From assembly GCA_051294375.1 (NCBI GenBank), contig JBJCIZ010000239.1, positions 6,487,996 through 6,551,995 on the forward strand: a stretch of 64,000 nucleotides of DNA, written 5' to 3'. The notes under the pieces are model-generated. The model did no database searches. It saw only the letters and a program-made list of their open reading frames with translations, and had not been told where the DNA came from. The position numbers and the translations under genes were made by a program. Below, one piece after another: positions 1 to 12,700 of the stretch (its first letter is position 1; the number at the start of each line of letters is the position of its first letter). Source of the DNA: Paraspadella gotoi. Taxonomy: Eukaryota; Animalia; Chaetognatha.

Positions 1-350
1 GAAGAGGAAGAAGAAGAGGAAGAAGAAGAGGAGAAGAAGAAGAGGAAGAATAGGAGGAAGAAAGGAAGAGAGAGAGAGGAAGAAGAGGAAGAAGAAGAGA
101 AGGAAGAGAGGAAGAAGAAGAGAGGAAGAAGAGGAGGAAGAAAGAGAAGAAGAGAAGGAAGGAGAGGAGGAAGAAAGGAAGAAGAAGAGAAGGAAGAAGA
201 GGAGGAAGAAGAGGAAGAAAAGAGAAGGAAGAAAGTGGAAGAAGGAAGGAGAGAGAGAAGGAAGAAGAGATAAAGAAAGGAGGAAGAAGAGGAAGAAGAA
301 GAGAAGAAAGAAGAGGAGAAGAAGAAGGGAGGAAGAAGAGGAGGAAAAGG
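1..350. repeat. GAA/GAG low-complexity tract
   Basis: Nearly pure purine sequence. Confidence 0.9.
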
Positions 351-686
351 AGTAGGGGACGTAATAAAAAACAAACAACGAGATATCGGATATGGTAATC
401 GGTAGAGATTACAGAGTGAAACCTTTTAAACGAAATGTACAGATATCCAATGAAACTGCAAATCTCCTTTCTCCCATCTTTTTCTTTCCTCTGTTTCTCC
501 TCCTATTCTCCTTTCCTCCCTTCCTCTCCCTTCCTCATCATTTTTCCTCCACATCTCTTCCTCTCTTACCTCCCTCTCTTCCCACATTACTTTCTCCTTC
601 CCTCCTCACTTCTTTCCTCCCCATCTTCTCCTCCCTTCTCCCTTCTCCCCTCCCTTCCCCCACACCACTCCTCCTCGCTCTCTCAC

Positions 687-3600
687 CTTATTATCCCCGG
701 ATCTGAGTGAACGCCTCGGAAACGTTTCCAAGTTATCGGCGAATTGGCGCTTCCTTCCCGCGTTCGCGTCACCCTCGAGCTTCCGGAAGGGATCTTTACT
801 TTCAACTCTTTGTCGTCTGTTGTCGTCCTTGTCGTCGTTGTTGCTGTTGTTGTTATAAACGTTGTCGTCGTTGTTGTTGTTATAAACGTTTGTCGTCGTT
901 GATGTTGTTGCTGTTGCTGTTTTTCCTCTCTTCATTTTTACATCGACGTAATAAATCATCATCCTCATCATCTTCATCTTGCTCAGTTTCGTAATTCTGC
1001 CCAAAAACAGACGACGACAAAAAAATTAATATCATTATTAGTATAATTATTAAAAATATTAATAATTCAAAATATAAAAAATATTAGCTAGTGAGACAAA
1101 TGATTTTAATTATACAATTGAAACAACTCTGGGAGTGAGTGAGAGTATTGATTGAAAGCTTGCAGAATAATTAATTAATTAATTAATAAATTGATTGAAA
1201 GCTTGCAGGATCCTGCTAAGGTATTATCTAGTGAGAGGTCATGAATAAAAAAATAATATTAATTAATTAATTAATTAATTATCTGATCACTGCTGCACCG
1301 CTGTAGAAAATGTTTAATTATTTTCTATGCCAGAGTTGAGGCAAAGGATCGTGGGCAGATCCGGAATTGTTTGCTCAATCTTGTTTAACTAATGTTTAAC
1401 TTTTATGCCGTTTGACCAATTTCATATCATAATTGCATGTTGTGATTAGTGATTTAGTAGTGATTACAAATTTCATTGTCGGGCTTACAGTGTTAACCCA
1501 CGAGTCCACGTTAACCTACCCCATCCCTCCCTCCTCTCAACCCCTCCCCCTTTCCACCTCTACCCCTTCCCCCCACCACCACCCCACCACGCTCACCGTG
1601 ATCTGTTCGCTTCTTTTCCTCGCAATATTCTTCTCCGCCTTCTCCACGACGGCTTCCGTCTAAGGACGACGTCGTTGAGGGAAGAACAAGTTCCTCGAGT
1701 CTTGAGATAGATCTGATGATCGGAAGTAGGAGAAGGTCCAGAAGGATCCAGAATACTGTCGTCATGTTGGCGATGATGAAGAGATGTCGTCGCCTGGGAA
1801 GGGGGGGGGGTTGAGGGGAGAGAGTTACCGGCGGGTAGGGGGGCGGGAGTAAGAAATAGAGGGGGGGGAAAAAGGACATTGTGGCGGTATATTCAAGCTG
1901 CCTCGCCTCCAGCTTCATTCGGCCAATCCCCTTGGCTCGGAGGGGGAATGCACCATCCCTAGCGTGCGCTCTAAGCAAAGTAACGACTTCCTTCTGCCAA
2001 GGCAAAGCGAAACCGTCCTAGGGTAACCGTAAAGTCAACAGTGAGATGCCCCGTCCCAAAGGGCATCATAGGCAGCCCGGCTTTTTCTTTTTTTTACTTT
2101 TATTATTTATATTTACTTACTTACTTACTTACTTACTTAAATGATAGTTTATTAAATTAATAAATAATTGGCTCTCTTTCCCCAAAGCGCAGTGAACCAA
2201 AATCGTTAAGATAAAAACAAACCTAATTCTAAATTTAAGTTGAAACAGGGCACATTCGGAAAATAGGGGCTCACCTTCCACCCCCCCCCCCGCAGACCCG
2301 CCTTACCCGATCCGGCCAAGGCGGAGAAGGCGATGACTCCTCCGTAGAAAGGGTCGAGGATCATGAATACGATTTTGATGATGTCCACCGTTTGCTTGGG
2401 TCTTCAAGGGGCGGGGGGGGGATGGGGGCTTTGAAAAGGGGAAGGGGATTTTAGGAGAGATTTGGGAGGGAAGTTTTGTGGGGATTTAGGAGACGATTTG
2501 GGAGGAAAGATTTGTAAGGGATTTAGGAGAGATTTGGGAGGGAAAGATTTGTGGGGATTTAGGCGAGATTTGGGAGGACAAAGATTTGTGTTGATTAGGA
2601 GAGATTTGGGAGGCAAGATTTGTAGGGATTTAGGAGAGAATTGGGAGGGAAAGATTTGTGGGGATTTAGGAGAGATTTGGGAGGAAAAGATTTGTAGAGA
2701 TTTAGGAGAGATTTGGGAGGAAAGATTGTGGGGATTTAAGAAGAGATTTGGGAGGAAAAATTTGTGGGGATCTTAGGAGAGATTCGGGAGGGAAAGATTT
2801 GTAGGGATTTAGGAGAGATTGGGGAGGGAAAGATTGTGGGATTTAGGCGAGATTTGGGAGAAAAAGATTTGTGTGGATTTAGGAGAGATTTGGGAGGGAA
2901 AGATTTGTGGGATTTAGGAGAGATTTGGGAGGAAAAGATTTGTGGGGATTTAGGAGAGATTTGGGAGGAAAGATTTGTAGGGATTTAGGAGAGATTTGGG
3001 AGGAAAAGATTTGTGGGGATTTAGGAGAGATTTGGGAGGACAGATTTGTAGGGATTTAGGAGAGATTTGGGAGGAAAAGATTTGTGGGGATTTAGGCGAG
3101 ATTTGGGAAAAAAGAGATTTTGGGGATTTAGAAGTGATTTGAACTTATCGATCTGAATATTCACCAAGTGTGTGGTCCTGTTTCTTGGTGTTTTTCTGTT
3201 ATCAGTTCCCTCGCTACTCACTGCTATACTAGAAATCTCTCTCTCTCTCTCTCTCTCTCTCCTCCCTCACAACCTGGTCCCGTCGTTGAGAACTTCATCG
3301 TCTCAATAGGTGCTGCATACGCGATGAGAATGACGACAAAAGTCATGAAGGGTGGGGTTTGTCACAACGCGAAGGAAGGATGTAGGCGACGAGATGGAAA
3401 GAAGCTGCACATGCAAAGTTCCAAAATGCAATAACCAATCACGGTGCCTCAAGAATTCGAACCTTGAGTGATGGAGAGGGAAAAGGGGAAGGTGGGAGAG
3501 AGAGGAGGAGGAAGAGTGGGAGGAAGGGGAAGGTGGGAGGAGAGGAGAGGAAGAGGGGGGAGGGGAAAAGGGGAAGGTGGGAGAGAGAGGAGGAGGAGGA

Positions 3601-4877
3601 AGAGTGAGAGGGGAAAAGGGGAAGGTGGGAGAGAGAGGAGGAGGAGGAAGAGGGGGAGGGGGAAGGGGAAGGTGGGAGAGAGAGGAGGAGGAGGAAGAGA
3701 GGGAGGGGAAAAGGGAAGTGGGAGAGAGAGGAGGAGGAGGAAGAGTGAGAGGGGAAAAGGGGAAGGTGGGAGAGAGAGGAGAGGAGGAAGAGGGGGAGGG
3801 AGGAGGGGAAAGGTGGGAGAGAGAGGAGGAGGAGGAAGAGGGAGGGAAAAGGGGGAAGGTGGGAGAGAGAGGAGGAGGAGGAAGAGTGGGAGGGGAAAAG
3901 GGGATGGTGGGAGAGAGAGGGGAGGAAGAGGGGGAGGAGGAAGGGGAAGGTGGGAGAGAGAGGAGGAGAGGAGGAAGAGGGGGAGAGAGAGGAGGGCGAG
4001 GAATAAGAAGGGTGGGAATATTGGGAAAAGACGGGATTCCATAAAAAAAATCATAACTTGGAAATGGCATTCCTTGTTTTTTTTATCCTGATAGCCATAA
4101 TCATTGTATAATGTGTAATCAATGTATAATTACTTTCTCAACGCGTCAACCATGGGGCGACCCAAAGTCTCAAGGCTGCGACACTTTTTCTACAGCATAA
4201 AATTGCAGCATCTCTCTGCCGCATAGAAACCTCATGATGTAGATGGTGATGATGGCGAAGAGAACGTTGATGAAGGCGATGACGAGGTGAACGACGATGG
4301 AGACGAACCAGTACATCGATCTGTGAATGAGTGAAAGTGTGAATGTCTAGATGAATAAGAAGATGAATGATAATGACGAATGGAGGTGAATGGAATTTAA
4401 ATAATAATAATAATTTAATAATAATTGCAAAATAAAAGAAAGGTGAAAATGACTAATGCCAAACCTTGTTTTAATGCCTTATTTTCCCAAAAAAAGCCCT
4501 ATCAAATCTTTGGGATGTGAGATCATGGATTAGGGATTTAAGATTAGGGTGAAGGATTAATTTTTGGATTAGAGTTAGAGAATTGTGTTATGGATTTGGT
4601 AGCGGAGTAGAGCTAAAATTAGGTTCAGGGTTTTATACTTTTTTAAACCAAAAAACAAAACAAAGAAAAACAAAACCAAAAACGAAACCCAGAATCAAAA
4701 GAATTAACGATCCAACCTGGAAATACCCATGAGGGCTAATTGTGAGCGCAGTCCCGAGGTCCGCATCAGAACTTCCTCCGAACAAATGATGGACGGCAGA
4801 GGGATGAAGGAAATGTACTCAAACTCTTGGGTGAATACCATGGGAGAAAGGTCCATGGGAAACGGGTAAGAGAATCC
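687..4877 (-). CDS. ABCA TMD2 exons and N/D-rich linker
   Basis: Exons 4877-4717, 4320-4231, 3462-3274, 2401-2307, 1793-1597, 996-687. [18 protein letters not shown] motif. Three exons carry apparent indels or stops. Confidence 0.75.
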
Positions 4878-7800
4878 CTAGTGATAGGAAAATTCCCAAA
4901 ATATAATTTGCATATAATAGTACATTATTTAAATGGCTATTGATTGATTAGTATTCTGTTTTGATATGTTATCAAGTTTTAGGTTTTACGACTATCGTTA
5001 CTGTTGAATAATATACATTAAGGCGTAGTAAAATTTCTAAATTTAACTTTAATTAAAATTCTAAAAGTGAGGAACGAACAACATTATATTAATGAACATT
5101 TATGTATTAAAAAAATTTATAATAAATTTTACAATTTACGCAGTAGGCCATATTTATACTAGTACTAAATCAATAAATGTTAAAATTTCAAAACAGTTTT
5201 TTCTAAGATTTTTTTGCAGATTTGGATTCGTCATAAAAAGTTGATATAAAGAAATATAACTCTTTTTGAAAAATTCCTTCATTAAGTGGGTCAAAAATTA
5301 GAAAAAGCTATATTTTAAGCTGAAAATTAACTTTTTATATATTAAATATAGTTTTTTAAATTTTTAACCCACTTAATGAAATAATTTTTAAAAATGATTT
5401 ATATTTTCTTATATCAACTTTTGACGAGGAATTCAAATCTGCAATCAAAATTAAGAAAAGCTTATTTTGAAATTTTTCGATTTTATAAGGATAGTACTAT
5501 ATATAAATATAGCCTACTGCGAAAATTAAAAAACATAAAATTAATTTTTTTTACAAATTAATGTTCACTGATGGTATGTTGTTCATAATTGACTTTTAGA
5601 ATTTTCGTATGTAACTTTCACTACGCCTTAATATACATATTAATGGGTTTTTTTGTTATGTTATTGATAAGGTGATTTAATTATTTTAAACAACTGTGAA
5701 TTAAACAGAGAGACAGAACGAGCTATTTCAGTGAACACGATGCGAGAACATTTACAAAAATTAAAGGCTGTACAAAGTCTGCATAATACTATTATGCTAT
5801 TATTAATAGCAGCAAAGTTTCTAAAAATATATAATTCATAGCCTCAATGTTAACCCTTCACAGCCTTTCTCTCTCACCACTATGGAAGCGTTGACGGTAG
5901 AAGCGATGAGATTACTAACGTAATTGATGACAGCTGGCACGGCCAAAGTCCCAACCGGGTGATAATAAATGGTGAGGTCGGTGTTGTACTTACTCACCGG
6001 CCGCGCGAACGGGTCGAACTTCCTTACCTGCCGAGAAAAAGTGGGAGGAAATGAATGAATTATGGTGGACTAAAATCCGCCAACCGTTCATCAGCGGCCA
6101 TTGGTGCCCGAGGCAAGTCATTCGCCTCCCAACCCAAAGGTACGGGGTTCAAGCCGGGTGGTCGCATCGAGGTTAAGAGGGACGGGACGCTTAACCCGCC
6201 TGTATCATGGTGTTACAGCCTGATCCGAAGCGCAGGGACTGCTTATATTCTGTCACTAACACATAACAATAGTTACTGTTTCTTCAGAATTATTAATAGC
6301 TCAACTTACTCAACTTTTTGTTATGAGCTAAATTAGTTTGTTTCAATTCGTAATAAGCTTTTTTTCTCCAATCTCATTTATTATTTGCTTTAGCTAAAAC
6401 TCTAGCTAGTTTTTTTGTCATTGTGAGAAGACATCTTAGTTGAAGTACAAGATTTAGGGTTAACTATTAGGGTTAGTGATTAGATTAAAGTTAGAAAATA
6501 AGATTAGGATTTATATTCTGGATTTGATAAAACTTTTACGAATAGATCGGGTAAAAATATTAAGGGTTAAAATCAAATTCCAAATTAAATTCTAAAGAAC
6601 CGAAAATAGTGCTAGTCTGTTGCATAAAGTCAGCGTTGGTAACGCTCCCTTCAAATTCATCATTGATCCAATTTTCCGCTTCAAACCTTCAACCCCATGG
6701 GAAACATCTTAAACGTCTTGAACGCTTTTCCGAATCCTTCCTTCAGTGAATACTTTTTCTCCCCGTATTTGTAAGTCTTTTTCTCACTCATTCGCTTGTA
6801 AGTGTTGGTAAAGGCCATGTAATATTGTTTAAATTCTTCAAAGTAGAGGGATCTGGAAAAAAGAGAGCGTGTGGTTTTTTTTTTTGTTGGTTTGTTTAAA
6901 AGCACTGTTGTGGTAGTACGTTTTACCCTTCAACTCGGCTGAGAATCAACAGCAGCTATGGCGCCGGAGGTAACATGCACTCCTCCCCACTCACCAGGTT
7001 AGGGTTCACAACCTGCTAAGGGGCGTCTAGCCCACCTGTAGTGACGGCCTACAGCTCGCGGCATTGTCCTCCAGTGGTTAGCCAAAACAATCATGCTGAT
7101 ACGCTACACCTCTGCCCGGGCCTGTTAAAACAACTCTGCCCTCAACCAATGTGGAAAGACGGGAGCAGGGACAGACAGCCGTCGAAAGGCCACTCAGCAG
7201 CATCAGACCAACTGCATTCAGCCATCACACTTTAGGGGCGTCCGACGCCGAGGGAGGATTTGTTGTGGTAGTACATAATACCACACAAGTCATCCAAGAA
7301 TGAGCAGCACTTATGCTGCCAGAGGTAGCAACGCAAAGACTTGGGTTCGTTCCCTGCTGATTTCAGACAAGTGAGGGTGATGAGGTGTCTAACCCACTTG
7401 TAGTGACAGACTACAGCACAGTCTAAAGTTTGGGACCTTGTGTGCAATGAATGATGGTTCCTGGCATCGTTTTTTACACCACCCTATTTTAACCTCAAAT
7501 TTTTTCTAAGTTTAAACATTAGGCTCAGGGTGAGGGATTAGAGTTAAGGACTACTTAATATAGATTAGGTTAGGGATTAGGGTTAGGGATTTTGTTTGTA
7601 GTTCTAGATAAAGATTAGGTCTTAGAATTAGGATTAAAGTTAAGCATTACGGTTAGGGATTGAACATAGTCTCAGTAAAAGATTAAGGTCTAACTTAAAA
7701 ATTATAACTAGACTTGAGGGATAAAGGAACAGATATAAGGGCTTTTGTGGAAGAAAGTTTTGGGACTTTTTGAAACTGTTCGATAATTTGAATCATCTCG

Positions 7801-9752
7801 AGTAAGACAGGTGTCATGCTTAAAGGCGGGGTGAACTTATGCACCGACTACACCCCTTGTCACCTTAAAACTCCTTCACCCAATTTCTAACCCACCCCAA
7901 AAAATGAAAACCCCTTACCGGTCATCGAAGATGTTTCTGTTAGAAAAACGAATGTTGTAGAGCGGCCACTGGTGAGGCCACTCGCTAAGCGGCGACCGCC
8001 GCGGCGGAGACGGTAGCCGAGGCGGTGGCCGAGGCGATGGCGTGGAGGGTGTTGTTGAAGGGGGTGGCGACGACGTCGACGACGATGTTGGCTTCTCGGT
8101 CCCCTTCTTTGGCGACTTCTTCGGTCGTTTCTTCGGTCGTTTCTTCGGCAGCGGCGTCTTTGGCATACCGATCATTCCCAGGAGTCGCTCGCAGTGTCGG
8201 CATTCGCTCGTGTCCCAGAGGAAAGGATAAAGAGTCATGACTTTGTCCGGGAGGAAGGGGTAGAGCTGCGGTTTCTTCACGTGCATCTGGTTGATGGCAC
8301 CAAGGTAAGCAGCGACCTTCGCGTTGAGTTCCAGTTGTTTAGGGAGAAGACGAACGATTTTTTTTTCGAAGGTTTGTCGCTGTGGATATTGAAGGTTAGG
8401 ATAGAGTTAGATCGATGGAGGAAGATAAAGATTAAGTCGGGGGGGCTAAGATGGTCACAAGTTAGTCGCAAGATAGTCTTTTAAGTACATGAATGGCTAG
8501 TGCATAGTACAACAAAAGATTCCCTGGTCTAAAATTGGAGGGGGTTGTCTTATTAAAACATTCATTGAATTATTTATCCATTGATAAGGAAGCCAGATGC
8601 ACTGGAACTTCCTTAACTAGACTGTGGGAGAGTCTTGATTGAAAGCTGGCGGAATCTCGCTATGAAATAAGTACCACTTTAATAAAAATTATACTTTTAT
8701 TGAATAAACAAGTTATCTTGCCCCTGACATTAGTCTCTGGATAGTCTAGGGTCGGTTTTTGGCCTTCATCGCTCATACAAGATTTTAACAAGATCCTGAA
8801 CGTTTTCAATTAGGACGCAATCATAGTTTAGTTTACTTACTCCCTTTGTGCTCGGCTTCCCTATCAACATTATTTCAACGGGATGATTGTAAATATCTTG
8901 TAAAAATGGCGGCTCTCTCTCTCTCTCCCTCTCCCAACTTCCTCCTCCTTTTTTCCCTCCCCCCTTTCCTGCAGAGTAAAAAGGAAGGACTTGTCTTTCA
9001 ATCTCTTTTCGTTGACGTAGAGTGAGAGATTTGTCCCGTACACCGTCGGGTTGGTTGGGAGACAAGTGACCCCAGCCTGACAGGAAGTTTGATGAGAGTA
9101 CATGACCCCGCTGATGTAGCCGAGGAAGACGGGGCTTTGAATGAACATCATGAGCATGAGGTAGAGGCCAGGGAAGAGGAAGATCATCACGGCCGACGCT
9201 TTCTGCTTAACCTACGGACGGGATGTGCGAATACGGAAGGGGGGCGGTGGGGTTTAGGGCGTGGGTTAGGTGTTGAGGAAGTAGGGGTGTGGTGAAGGGG
9301 GAAACTTTGGACTTTAAGCAAGTCTCTTACCCACATTTTTACGCCCATACATACTGATGTATTTGAAAAAGCAATTTTGAACTTTAAATGTATCATAAAA
9401 ATACCGAGACTATGGATAATTTCTTGAAACAGAGCGTCATAACGTCTCTGCTCTACAAATAATTTTTTTTTATTTTGAGGCATGCTAAGTACCATGGTTT
9501 TGAATTTGATATTAAACATGGCGTTGAGCTTCTGAAAAGTCAGCTTAGGTCCAGGTTGTGTGACTTTCCCCATTTTAGGCAACTTGGCTCCTCGTCTGAC
9601 GTGGAGAGAGAAAAAGAAAAAATGGAGGAAAATAAACTAAAAAAATTAAAATTGTAATATTTGTCCAAATTTCTTTTTTTTAAACATCAATTTTCTGCAT
9701 CGCATTCTGGCTATTCCATCTAAACAGACGACAAGAACAACAACGACAATCA

Positions 9753-9788
<36 letters not shown>

Positions 9789-12700
9789 TTCTCTTTCTTT
9801 CTCTTTCTCTTTCTTTCTCTTTGTACGTATATATTCATTGTCATTGCTAATGTATTTATTTTATGAAATTCATAATTTTTAATTTCGTGCACTGATTAAA
9901 AGAATAGTATATAAATGACAAAAAAATTATATTATATTAGTAAAATTCCTTTTACAGATAAAACATTACCGATGAGATGAAAAAATGAAATACTAAATAT
10001 AAAATATTGAATAATAAATAATAAAATAAATCAAATCAAATATTACAGATAAAATATTAGAGATTAGTTATGACATAATATATATTAAAGATATATAAAT
10101 CTAAAAACTTCAAATATTCTTTAAAAGTCATCACTTGTACTTGCACTGCCTATCCATAGTGAAATACAATCATTACTTATAAATTTTCATAAAAATAAAG
10201 CATTATATATAAAATATATATATAACAGATTGAAAAAAAGGCTATGCATTCTGGACCCTCGCCTTTTCTGTCCAGCCTTGGGCAACAAATTCAGTGTGGA
10301 AAGGTCGATCTTGGATTTCGTTTTCGCTTGTAAAGAAGGGGAATCGGAATCGGATTTCTCTGTAGGGGGGGAGGTGGGGGATGAAAAATGGGGTGGCCGG
10401 GGGAGGGGGGGTGAATATTAAATCAGAGGGGGAGTTATTAATTAAGTTAGATGTTAAAATTAAAAAAAAAAACTATAATGTTAACCTAAAAATTAAAAAC
10501 GGGTATAATAAGTATTATAATTTGATAAAATAATTTTGAAAACAATTAATTATACCATCTTTTAACGACTCAAATCTTACCTTATTATTAAAAAACAGAT
10601 TATTTTAAAATTTTGACTTATTTGTATGTATTACTACTTTTAAACATAAAATAAACTTACCAAAATATTTTTAAAGGTTATTATTTTTGTTTTATTCAAT
10701 CAATTTGACAATCTTTTCTTATATTCAGAATTAAGTTTGTTTCAAGGTTATGCATTAAGATTTGATTTTAGTTAGGAATTAGGGTTATAGATTAAGGTTT
10801 AGGTTTATAAGATAAGGTTAGGGATTTAAGTGAGGAATTAGAAATTGAAATTAGAAATTAAGGTTAAGGAATGATAGGTAAAACTGAATATTAACCGTGT
10901 AGGATCTTCCCGGTTGGTAATTTGTTTTCTGCTTTAAAGCACTGACTTAAAAAAATATTTTTTTTGTAAAAAAAAGAATAGTTGTTTTTCAAAAACCACC
11001 CCTAACCCTAATATTAACCACCCCTAACCCTTGCTACACTTAACCCTAACTACCCCTAATCCTAACCACCTTAACCTTAACCACCCCTAACCATAACCAC
11101 CCCTAACCCTCGCCACCTCTAAGCTCTAACTTTAAATACCCTTTACCTTAATCAAACTTTATTTTTTTCCTAATAATATCAAACCAAGGTAATGATATAT
11201 GCAAATAAAAAAATAACCGACCGTCTCGGTTGTGGTCGGCGAAAGTACAATTATGCCGAATGATTTTTAGGGCGAGGAATTTGAAAAAAAAAAGTTCAGC
11301 TGGATGAGGAAACAGAAATGGGGGCGCTGTCCGGGAAAAAAAATAATACTAGGTTTTAAAATTATATAATTATATCTTAATAAATTCTAATACTCACCCA
11401 TCTGATCCTCCATGCTGACCGCACCCAGCTCGTCGATCATCTTGAGAAAGACCTCGTCCAAGGACGTCATCGAGATCCCGTAGTTCTCGATCCCGAGATC
11501 GGCCAATGTGGCAGGATCCTCCAGGCTGGCGAAGAGAAGCGGGAACTGAGCCGCGGATTCGCGGGGGAGAGTGAAGATGATTTCCTGTGAATATCGGAGA
11601 GTGAGATAGGGGGGTGAAGGGGGAGAGTGAAGATGATTTCCTGTGAATATCGGAGAGTGAGATAGGGGGTGAAGGGGGAGAGTGAAGATGATTTCCTGTG
11701 AATATTGGAGAGTGAGATGGGGGGTTAGGGGGGGGAAGAAAAAGGGTGAAGTGGAGGAAGGAGGGAGGTAGGGGTTAAGTCAGTGGAGTGCCCAAACCAT
11801 TCTTTGTAAAGTTGAAGGAAATATAGAATTATTTATGTAACTTGGCAAAAATGAAATCGGTTTGGGTCTTTTTTTAAAAGAAACCTTAAATGTTATTGGG
11901 TATTTTTTCAAATGTCTTAACTTTAATGAAAGTAATTTACTAATTATTGTAAATAGAAACTTTGTGTTGGGCCTTAATGTTGTCTTTTAAATTGTTTTTT
12001 TTTTACTCAAAGCCTAACCTTTTCCACATCTAAATTCTTACCTCTTTGGAAGCCTCACCTGGCCGTGCAGCCTCCCCAGCGTCGCCGAAGGCAGATAATT
12101 CATCACGAAGTTCGCTATTTTGTCCACGTTCACTGATCCTTTTGTCACGAGGTTCAGGTGATAACCCAGGCCGAATCTGTAGATAAGTTTGGCCTTTTTT
12201 TACCAAAACGTCCCGTTTTATCTTGAATTCGGAATTACATGGCTGACCAATTTTACAAGCGCCGGTAGAAATACGTTTTCATTTGCAAACCAGTGGTTAT
12301 TTCATTGATTTAAAAATTAGTTGAGTATAAAATACTAAAACTATTTATGTGTTAAAATTTTATATTGATCAGTTAAGATATGTCTTGACAATGAGTGGAG
12401 AAAGTTGGCTTTTTCAAATCGGGGTTTAATTTTCCAACTCACTTTTTTAAATTAAATTTTTTTTTAACTTTTAGCACTTTTTTAAAAAAAAATATTTATT
12501 AAATATTAACATTATTAATATCCTCAGAAAGCCTTTAAAAATATGAAGAGAATGATATCTTTACGAAAGCTCTAACATAAAAAGTGGCTGCCCAGCCTTG
12601 GTTCAATTAAGAGTGTCAAAAGTAAATTATTTAAAATTTTAAATTTAAAAAAAAAAAATTTTTATGACCTGTTTAAATTATTATAACATAAAATATTATT

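Noticed and set aside
687-3462. ABCA pseudogenisation or programmed frameshifting
   Set aside because: Most exon lengths remain phase-correct and indels are pervasive in this assembly, so sequencing error is the simpler explanation.
2404-4091. Long Pro/Leu/Ser or Gly/Arg/Glu ORFs
   Set aside because: Translations of GA-rich minisatellites; only short embedded exons are coding.
8939-8971. GA donor CAG|GAAAGG present in all three copies
   Set aside because: An in-phase canonical GAA|GTTGGG donor lies 30 nt further on, so a non-canonical site is not required.
9660-9720. Extra ABCA exon after tttag
   Set aside because: No phase-compatible donor, and the flanking exons join in frame without it.
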